Assembly: GCA_964572465.1 (NCBI GenBank)
Contig: CAZNGB010000001.1
Coordinates: 1-48,109 of the forward strand
DNA length: 48,109 nt
Source of the DNA: an uncultured Hyphomicrobiaceae bacterium
GTDB taxonomy: Bacteria; Pseudomonadota; Alphaproteobacteria; Rhizobiales; Rhodomicrobiaceae
Reading direction: 5' to 3'
Shown: positions 40,994-48,109 of the stretch, in pieces
Layout of the letters: every line of letters begins with the position of its first letter
Position numbering within the stretch: the stretch's first letter is position 1
Notes under the pieces: model-generated
Seen by the model: only the letters and a program-made list of their open reading frames with translations
The model's database searches: none
Told to the model about the DNA's origin: nothing
Position numbers and translations under genes: made by a program

Positions 40994-42247
40994 CTATTGC
41001 GCAGCGGCGCGGCAATTATCCTGCGGCGCATCACCGTGCGAAGCATGTTCCGCAAACCGCGCCGCAAGCCGCTCAAGCAACGCATCAATGCCCTCGCCTG
41101 TGGCCGCGGAGATCAGCGCCGGGCTGGTCTCGCGCCGCTGGGCGTGACAGGCAAGCGCCGAGCGCTCGTCCGGGGACAGCAGATCAGCCTTGTTCCAGAC
41201 TTCGATGACCCGGCCAGCACCCGCGCATGGATCAACGCCCAACTCTTCGAGCACAGCCTCCACATCACGCTTTTGCGTTTCGCTCTGCTCACTTGCGATA
41301 TCGCGCACATGCACGATCAGGTCGGCTTCAACGACCTCTTCCAGCGTGGCGCGAAAGGCTGCGACGAGCGTCGTCGGCAAATCCGCGATAAATCCGACCG
41401 TATCCGACAAGATCGCTGTTTGCCCATCTGGCAATCGGACAGCCCGCATGGTCGGATCGAGCGTGGCAAAAAGCTGGTCTTTAGCGACCACGCTCTCGCC
41501 CGTCAGCCGGTTGAACAGCGTTGACTTGCCGGCATTCGTGTATCCAACCAGCGCGATCACCGGATTGTTGCCGCGCTTGCGCCCTTGCCGATGTAGACTG
41601 CGCGTACGACGAACTTCGGCTAGTTTGCGCCTGATAACGTCAATCCGCCCCTGAATCTGGCGCCGGTCGGCCTCGATCTGGCGCTCGCCCGGACCACCCA
41701 TGAAGCCGCGACCGCCGCGCTGCCGCTCCAGGTGGGTCCAGGACCGCACGAGCCGCGATTTCTGATAGCTCAAATGGGCAAGCTCGACCTGGAGCCGGCC
41801 CTCCTTGGTCTGTGCGCGCTCGCCGAAGATTTCGAGGATCAGTCCGGTGCGATCAAGCACCTTGGCGTTCCAGGCCCGCTCCAGATTTCGCTGCTGCACC
41901 GGCGAGAGCGGGTGATCCACGACGATGACCTGCGCCTTGGTGCGCTCAATCAACTCATGGACCTCGGCCACTTTACCGCCGCTGAGCAGCGTATCCGGTC
42001 GTGGCCGCGCTACCGCCACGCATATTCGCTCGCTCACCCGAAGTCCGATCGCGCGCGTCAGGCCGACGGCCTCATCGAGCCGGGCATGAGGATCGCTTCG
42101 CCGCGCAGCGTCACGCGGACCTTTCAGCGCAGGCGCTAGCACGATTGCGTCGGTCTGCGGTTTTGCGGTCAACATCGGCTCGGGCCGCTTCTTGCGGCGC
42201 ACGGTACTCTCGTGTTTTGGCGACACTGTCAGCGTGGCTTCCCTCAC
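40994..42247 (-). CDS. hflX: GTPase HflX
   Basis: [26 protein letters not shown]; downstream of hfq. Confidence 0.96.
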   Translation of the reverse strand: MREATLTVSPKHESTVRRKKRPEPMLTAKPQTDAIVLAPALKGPRDAARRSDPHARLDEAVGLTRAIGLRVSERICVAVARPRPDTLLSGGKVAEVHELIERTKAQVIVVDHPLSPVQQRNLERAWNAKVLDRTGLILEIFGERAQTKEGRLQVELAHLSYQKSRLVRSWTHLERQRGGRGFMGGPGERQIEADRRQIQGRIDVIRRKLAEVRRTRSLHRQGRKRGNNPVIALVGYTNAGKSTLFNRLTGESVVAKDQLFATLDPTMRAVRLPDGQTAILSDTVGFIADLPTTLVAAFRATLEEVVEADLIVHVRDIASEQSETQKRDVEAVLEELGVDPCAGAGRVIEVWNKADLLSPDERSALACHAQRRETSPALISAATGEGIDALLERLAARFAEHASHGDAPQDNCRAAAQ

Positions 42248-42486
42248 TCTTTCTCTTCGTTTTCTGCCAAATTTACAGGCTGCGTCGGCATAATTGTTGA
42301 TATAGCGTGTTTATAAACTAATTGCGAGTGCCCGTCACGTCGTAGCAGGACACAGAAATTGTCAAACCATGTCACGATGCCTTGGAGCTTGACCCCGTTG
42401 ATCAAAAATACTGTCAGAGGCACCTTATTCTTTCTTACATGGTTCAGAAATGTATCTTGTAGGGTTTGACCGCGATCTGAAGCCAT
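42244..42486 (-). CDS. hfq: RNA chaperone Hfq
   Basis: [22 protein letters not shown]. Confidence 0.98.
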   Translation of the reverse strand: MASDRGQTLQDTFLNHVRKNKVPLTVFLINGVKLQGIVTWFDNFCVLLRRDGHSQLVYKHAISTIMPTQPVNLAENEEKE

Positions 42487-42751
42487 AACGTGTTTTTCCG
42501 CTTTTTTGTTGGCGCGGTCTTTGGACCGCCTGTGTAACGTATCCGAACCCGTTGATGAAACTCACGAAGCAGGAACACGAAAAACGCGTTTTCCCTCCAT
42601 CTGTTGCCTTGTTCGGGCTGCATGCTTCCACCAGCTTACTGTTCAGGTAGGTATCGCAGCAGATTTAGACAAATAGATTACGCGCGGCTCTTTTTTCTGG
42701 AGCAGCGCGCGGCTCGGAATTCCGGCACGCCCTGCGCGGAGCGCGAGCCAT

Positions 42752-44221
42752 TTAGTCCCGCTGGAGCAAAAGTCGCGCCAGAGACAGCACGGCCAGCAGC
42801 TCCATTCGGCCGAGGATCATCGCCGCGCACATCAGCAGGTGCGCCGGCGGCGTCATTTCCCAGATTGCAGGAGCGTCGGCGGACAAATGCGCCAGTCGGC
42901 CAATCTCATAAAATGGCCCGGCGTTGCTGAGCGAAGTCACTGCGGCCAGCAGCGCCGCCTCAAACCCGATGCCCGTCGCCGCAAGCATCACGATCAGCAG
43001 TGCCAACGCAAAGACTGTGACAAACAACAGCGCCCAGATTGTGCCGATTGTCACCTGCCGGAGCGCCCCAGCGGTGCGCACAGTGGGACGGACGCTATGC
43101 GGAAATAGAAGAAGATTCAGTTCGTTATAGGACTGCGACAGCATCATCACCAAACGCGACACCTTCAGGCCGCCCGCCGTTGACAAGCGCCCTGCCCCGA
43201 TTGCGCAGATCAGAACAATCACCATGAAGGGGATGAGCCCGGAAGCATCCTCGTCGATCGGAAACCCCGTCGTAGAGGCCAGGGAGGCCGCGGTGGCCAC
43301 TCCGGTTGAAAGATACTTGAACCAGGCTGCATCTACCGTCGGGAAGCGCAGCCATAACACCGTCGTTATCACGATCGCGCCGATCATGATAACCAGCCCC
43401 AGATAAAGCGGCTCACGGCTCGCGCCTGCGGAAGCGAATCGCCCGCCGAGCAACGTATGCGTCCAGAAAATGCTGACCGCGCCCAAGAACATGAAAACCG
43501 TAAGCACGAGTTCGGCTGTCACCGAACCGTACAGTGCGATAGTGCCATCACGCGGCATGAAGCCGCCTGTGGAAACCGTCGAGAGCGCCAGGCACAGCGC
43601 ATCGAATGCGGGAATGCTGGCAAACATCAGCAGGACAAGGCAGGCGAGCGTCAGCGCCGCGTATAGCGGCAGGATCGTGCGCAGCGCATAATTGGCTTGT
43701 TTCCGGCTGCCGCCTGGTTGGGCCACGCGCTCGGCGCGGCTCAACTCCAGGTCCTCGCCGCCATATAGCGGCAGCAAAATTGCGATCGCACTGCCGAGCG
43801 TCAGAAGTCCCCCGGCCCATTGCAGCAGCGCACGCCAGAGGATCAAGCTCTGCGGCACATCGATCAGACGCGGGAAAGCCGTGGCGCCAGTGGTTGTAAA
43901 GGCCGAAAACGCCTCGAACAGCCCCGCGCTCCAACTTATGGGCGTGATGATAAGAAGCGGCAACGCCGCGAAGACGGGGATGACCAGCCAGGCGCAAAGC
44001 AGGATCGTGAGCGCATGTTTGCGATCCGCGACCAACGGCTCACCGCGAAAGGCGGCAACCAGCACACCGCCTATGAAGCCAGTGACGCCGCCAGCGATCA
44101 GGAACGCCTCCAGCGCCTCGCCTTCAGATACCGCCCCTGCAAGCGCCATGGCCGGCAGCATGAGCGCGACAATGCCAAGCAGCAGCCAGCCAAGAACATA
44201 AACGATCAGTGCGAGGTTCAT
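42752..44221 (-). CDS. trkH: TrkH-family potassium uptake membrane protein (divergent)
   Basis: Four pore-loop motifs TTTGA, STGGF, STTGF, SNAGP; STAGGLK; GRME; downstream of trkA. Confidence 0.88.
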   Translation of the reverse strand: MNLALIVYVLGWLLLGIVALMLPAMALAGAVSEGEALEAFLIAGGVTGFIGGVLVAAFRGEPLVADRKHALTILLCAWLVIPVFAALPLLIITPISWSAGLFEAFSAFTTTGATAFPRLIDVPQSLILWRALLQWAGGLLTLGSAIAILLPLYGGEDLELSRAERVAQPGGSRKQANYALRTILPLYAALTLACLVLLMFASIPAFDALCLALSTVSTGGFMPRDGTIALYGSVTAELVLTVFMFLGAVSIFWTHTLLGGRFASAGASREPLYLGLVIMIGAIVITTVLWLRFPTVDAAWFKYLSTGVATAASLASTTGFPIDEDASGLIPFMVIVLICAIGAGRLSTAGGLKVSRLVMMLSQSYNELNLLLFPHSVRPTVRTAGALRQVTIGTIWALLFVTVFALALLIVMLAATGIGFEAALLAAVTSLSNAGPFYEIGRLAHLSADAPAIWEMTPPAHLLMCAAMILGRMELLAVLSLARLLLQRD

Positions 44222-44237
44222 GTCAGGCCCGCCGGGT

Positions 44238-44482
44238 GAGCGCGCGCTGCGGCGCAGCTTGCGCGGCTAGTGGTGGGCATGGGTCTTACGTCCGAAAGTG
44301 CAATCAAACAAGAGCTTAGAGCTTGTCCGGTGACCTGTCTTCGATTGAACGGGCCCGAAGGCCATTCTCATTCTGACTGAGCCAAAAATTGGCTCCAAGT
44401 ATGCGTTTTAACGCGTATTCTTCTGAAAACCGGCTCCCATCCTGGATCAAGTCCGGGACATGCTTCTCATCATGCGCTCTAG
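44238..44482. repeat. Two degenerate, oppositely oriented intergenic palindromic repeat units (RIME/Bru-RS/CIR-like)
   Basis: Units end AAAC-N5-CTTAGAGC (+, 44306-44322) and AAAC-N5-CTTGGAGC (-, 44408-44392); internal hairpins; terminal CTAG at 44479-82. Family assignment is from recalled resemblance only. Confidence 0.55.
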
Positions 44483-45855
44483 AAATAGTCCAGGCTGACA
44501 CGGAAGAGCTGTTCCACTTCGTGGACGCGGTCCTTGGTGGCGAAGATGACGACGCGGTCATTGGCTTCGATGATCGTATCAGCCTTGGGCACCATGGCGG
44601 TCGTGCCGCGGCGGATGGCGCCGATACGCATGCCGTCCGGCAAGTCAAGTTCATTGAGCGCGCGCCCGACAAGCGGCGACGTCGGCAGCGCCTCGGCGTC
44701 AATGACCTCCCCCGCGCCATTCAGCACCGTCTGGACCGCCCGGATCCGACCCCGCCGGACATGCTGGAGAATGCGCGAGACCGTGACGCCGCGCGGATTG
44801 ATGAACGCATCAATGCCCAGCGAGCGCACGATCGTCATGTAGCCGGCATTGTTGATCAGGCACATATTACGCGCCGAGCCGAGCCGTCCGGCCAGTACGC
44901 TGGCAAGGATATTGACCTGATCGTCATTGGTCAGCGCCACGATCATGTCGGCGCTCTCGACACCGGCCTCGCGCAGAAGCTCCTCGTCCAGCGCGCTGCC
45001 ATTGAGCACGATGGCGCGATCCAACTGTTCGGCTATTTCCACCGCTCGTTCGCGGTTGCGTTCGAGCAGCTTCAGGCGGACATCACGCTGGGTCTGCTCA
45101 AGGCGGCGCGCTACGTACAGGCCAATATTGCCCCCGCCAGCGATAATCACGCGCTGAGCGCGGCGCTCCTCATGCCCGAAAATCTTCATGACCCGCTCGG
45201 TCTGCGGGGCCAGCGTGGCGACATACACCTCATCGCCTGCCAGCAGCTGGTCTTCGCTGCGCGGGACGAACAGTTTGCCGCCTCGATAGACGCCAACCAC
45301 AATCGCAGGCAGATCCGGGAACAGCTCACCCAGATGTTTGAGCGGCGTGTCGATCACCGGACAATCACTTTCGCAGCTGATCCCGAGCACCAGGATTTCA
45401 TTGTCGCAAAAGCCGAGCACCTCAAACGCGCCGGGCATCCGCAGACGGCGCAAGATCATCTCGCCGACCTCTATTTCCGGCGAGATAACCACGTCGATTG
45501 GCATGTTGTCCCGGAGGAACAGGTCGCTCCAATGAGGCTCAAGATAGCTCTGCGCGCGGATGCGTGCGACCTTCGTCGGCACGTCGAACAGCGAGTGAGC
45601 GACCTGACAGGCGACCATATTCACCTCATCCGAATGCGTGACGGCGATGAGCATATCGGCGTCCCGGGCGCCTGCCTGATCGAGTATATCGGGGTGAGAG
45701 GCGTTGCCCACGAAGCCGCGCACATCGAGCAAGTCCCCGATGCGCCGGACGAGGTTCTGGTCCTGGTCAACGATGGATACGTCGTTGTTTTCGGTCGACA
45801 GGCGCTCGGCAATACCAAAGCCGACCTGGCCCGCGCCGCAGATGAGGATGCGCAT
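44479..45855 (-). CDS. trkA: Trk system potassium transporter regulatory subunit TrkA
   Basis: Two RCK NAD-binding motifs GAGQVG and GGGNIG; 458 aa. Confidence 0.96.
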   Translation of the reverse strand: MRILICGAGQVGFGIAERLSTENNDVSIVDQDQNLVRRIGDLLDVRGFVGNASHPDILDQAGARDADMLIAVTHSDEVNMVACQVAHSLFDVPTKVARIRAQSYLEPHWSDLFLRDNMPIDVVISPEIEVGEMILRRLRMPGAFEVLGFCDNEILVLGISCESDCPVIDTPLKHLGELFPDLPAIVVGVYRGGKLFVPRSEDQLLAGDEVYVATLAPQTERVMKIFGHEERRAQRVIIAGGGNIGLYVARRLEQTQRDVRLKLLERNRERAVEIAEQLDRAIVLNGSALDEELLREAGVESADMIVALTNDDQVNILASVLAGRLGSARNMCLINNAGYMTIVRSLGIDAFINPRGVTVSRILQHVRRGRIRAVQTVLNGAGEVIDAEALPTSPLVGRALNELDLPDGMRIGAIRRGTTAMVPKADTIIEANDRVVIFATKDRVHEVEQLFRVSLDYF

Positions 45856-45978
45856 GTTCTGTTCCCAGCCTGCCCGAGGCGGCGCGTTCGCGCTGCCACA
45901 GGGCGGCGAAGCGTCGGTCTACCGGAAACAGCAGGATTTGTCAGCCCTTGACGCGCGGATCAAGAGCCGGGGGCTGGG

Positions 45979-47376
45979 TCAATGACGCGCAGGCGCGGCG
46001 CGCTCGCCGGCCGAGACTCCAAGCGCACGCAGCTTGCGATGCAGCGCCGAGCGTTCCATACCGACGAACTCGGCGGTCCGGGAGATGTTCCCGCCAAAGC
46101 GGTTGATCTGCGCCATGAGATATTCGCGCTCGAAGATTTCCCGTGCATCGCGCAGCGGAAGCGACATCAGATGCTCGCCGCCGGAGCCGTTGGGGGACAG
46201 CGGCGCGCCGGAGACAACGTCTTCGGGCAGCATTTCGGCGGTGATTGGCCGGTCCGGGTCGCCACCAATCATGATCATCAGGCGCTCGACCACGTTGCGG
46301 AGCTGGCGCACATTGCCTGGCCAGTCCTGCGACTGCAGCACAGCCATGGCATCATCGCCCACGCGGCGCGGCGGAAGCCCAGTGGCATTGCTGATCTGTT
46401 CCACGAAATGGTTGACCAACAGCGGAACGTCGTCACGCCGCTCGACCAGCCCCGGCACCGTCAGCGGCACCACATTGAGCCTGTGATAAAGGTCCTCGCG
46501 GAAGCGCCCGGAGCTCATTTCGCTGTGCAGATCGCGGCAGGTCGAAGAGACGATCCGCACATCGACATGCACCTTTGGGCCGCCGCCGACGCGCTGAAAC
46601 TTTTGCTCCACCAGCACGCGCAGGAGCTTGCCCTGGGTCTCCAGCGGCATATCGGCGACTTCATCAATATAAAGCGTGCCGCCATGCGCCTCCTCCAGCG
46701 CGCCGACCTTTCGCGGCGCAGCGCCATTGGCTTCGGTTCCGAAAAACTCGATCTCGACGCGGTCAGGCGCCATCGCCACGGCATTCACCGCAACGAACGG
46801 CGCGCCAGAGCGATGCGAATGCGCATGGAGCACCCGCGCGGTGAGTTCCTTGCCCGAGCCGGACGGACCGGTGATCATGATCCGGCTGTTGGTCGCCGCA
46901 ACGCGGTCAATTGCCTGGCGAAGCTGATTGATTGCGGTCGATTTGCCGACAAGATCGAAGCTGACGACACTCCTCTCCTTCAGTTCGCGGTTCTCGCGCT
47001 TGAGTTTGGAGTTTTCGAGCGCACGCTGGGTCACGAGCACGAGCCGGTCTGCCTTGAACGGCTTTTCGATGTAGTCGTAAGCGCCGCGCTTGATCGCGGT
47101 GACGGCGGTTTCGATGTTGCCGTGACCCGAGATGATGACCACAGGCAGGTCCGGGTGTTGCGCCTTCACGCGAGACAGGATTTCGAGCCCATCGAGCTGA
47201 CTGCCCTGGAGCCAGATGTCGAGGATCACCAGAGACGGTTTTCGTTCCTCTATTGCGCTCAGGGCTTCCTGGCTGTTGGCCGCCAGGCGGGTCGTGTGGC
47301 CCTCGTCTTCCAGAATGCCGGAGACCAGCTCGCGGATATCGGCTTCGTCATCGACAATCAAAAGGTCAGATCCCAT
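45979..47376 (-). CDS. ntrX: Response regulator NtrX (REC-AAA+-HTH)
   Basis: VDDE, LDIWL, GPSGSGKE, IDEV, FREDLYHRL, GMERSALHRKL; no GAFTGA loop. Start moved to ATG 47376. Confidence 0.95.
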   Translation of the reverse strand: MGSDLLIVDDEADIRELVSGILEDEGHTTRLAANSQEALSAIEERKPSLVILDIWLQGSQLDGLEILSRVKAQHPDLPVVIISGHGNIETAVTAIKRGAYDYIEKPFKADRLVLVTQRALENSKLKRENRELKERSVVSFDLVGKSTAINQLRQAIDRVAATNSRIMITGPSGSGKELTARVLHAHSHRSGAPFVAVNAVAMAPDRVEIEFFGTEANGAAPRKVGALEEAHGGTLYIDEVADMPLETQGKLLRVLVEQKFQRVGGGPKVHVDVRIVSSTCRDLHSEMSSGRFREDLYHRLNVVPLTVPGLVERRDDVPLLVNHFVEQISNATGLPPRRVGDDAMAVLQSQDWPGNVRQLRNVVERLMIMIGGDPDRPITAEMLPEDVVSGAPLSPNGSGGEHLMSLPLRDAREIFEREYLMAQINRFGGNISRTAEFVGMERSALHRKLRALGVSAGERAAPARH

Positions 47377-48109
47377 GAGAGGCTCCCTGCTTCTCGCGCA
47401 CGGTCTTGCGCGCTCCGCGTTGTAATGAAGACTCCGAACTCGTATCCCCGGAGGCGTTGCTCCCTTCGCCCAGCGGCAGCGTGATGCTGACCCACGCCCC
47501 CCGTGGCCCGTCAGGATCGGCTGGTCCCGCCGCAGGGGCATCGCCAAGTTCGAGGGTTCCCTGATGCTGCTCCACGATTTTCTGCACGATCGCGAGGCCG
47601 AGACCGGTGCCTTTTTGCCGGGTGGTAACGTAGGGTTCGATCAGGCGGTGGCGGTCTTCCCTGGGCAGTCCGCAGCCGTTGTCGATTACCTCGATGACAA
47701 CTGAGTGGTCCTGCACCGTGACGCGTGCGGTAACCCGGCCGGCATGGTCGCGGCCAGCCTCGCGCTGGGCCTGGGCGGCGGCCTCAACCGCCTCGCTCGC
47801 GTTTTTGATGAGATTGGTCATCGCCTGGGCAAGCAGACGGCGGTCACAGTTGGTAATGGCTGGCTGGTCCGCGACTTCGAGGACGTAGGTGATCTCCGAT
47901 TCGCTCATCTGGAACAGAACCAGAGCCTCGCGGACCACTTCGTTCACATCGTGCGCCTCGATCACGGGCTTGGGCATCCGCGCAAATGCGGAGAATTCGT
48001 CGACCATGCGTCGGATATCGCCCACATGGCGCACGATGGTTTCGGTGCAGCGATCGAAAACCTCACGGTCGCCCTCGATCTGATTGCCGTAACGGCGGCG
48101 GATGCGCTC
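47366..48109 (-). CDS. ntrY: Sensor histidine kinase NtrY, C-terminal part (runs off the window)
   Basis: Open frame from the window edge; MVDEFSAFARMP, NLIKNA, DNGCG, EPYVTT, GTGLGL; overlaps the ntrX start. Confidence 0.92.
   Translation of the reverse strand, partial: ERIRRRYGNQIEGDREVFDRCTETIVRHVGDIRRMVDEFSAFARMPKPVIEAHDVNEVVREALVLFQMSESEITYVLEVADQPAITNCDRRLLAQAMTNLIKNASEAVEAAAQAQREAGRDHAGRVTARVTVQDHSVVIEVIDNGCGLPREDRHRLIEPYVTTRQKGTGLGLAIVQKIVEQHQGTLELGDAPAAGPADPDGPRGAWVSITLPLGEGSNASGDTSSESSLQRGARKTVREKQGASHGI

Noticed and set aside
45979-47376. NtrC-like regulator lacking the GAFTGA loop
   Set aside because: An established property of NtrX; not novel.
44389-47484. Long plus-strand ORFs (520 and 500 aa) opposite trkA and ntrX; similar ones at 21977-23173, 24535-25524, 38928-39887, 5120-6037
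   Set aside because: Antisense shadows of well-supported genes, expected from high-GC codon bias; no recognisable motifs.

Overview
High-GC alphaproteobacterial (Hyphomicrobiales-like) chromosomal DNA that is almost entirely core housekeeping genes, arranged in four recognisable blocks: (1) tpiA-[hypothetical]-secG-pyrG; (2) rlpA-dac-tmk-holB-metG-tatD-MBL hydrolase; (3) rpsF-rpsR-DUF2232-rplI-cfa-dnaB-alr-radA-cvpA-purF-SDR, divergent from fabD-fabG-acpP-fabF-mltG-gmk, which converges on lptF-lptG-lptD-surA-pdxA-rsmA, itself divergent from pepA; (4) ntrY(partial)-ntrX-trkA-trkH-hfq-hflX converging on mazG. I saw no tRNA/rRNA, CRISPR array, transposase, integrase, phage or defence gene, and I cannot support a large new system here. 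The best leads are modest: an orphan TAXI-domain protein with a two-TM, receptor-like layout beside an APC permease; an uncharacterised secreted protein coupled to tpiA; structured RNA candidates upstream of rpsF and DUF2232; a possibly leaderless, CTP-sensitive pyrG start; a decayed inverted pair of intergenic repeats between trkA and trkH; clustered GANTC and CtrA-like sites; and synteny oddities. Gene calls come from recognised protein motifs, not database searches. Several starts were moved from the ORF track using RBS position and expected N-termini.
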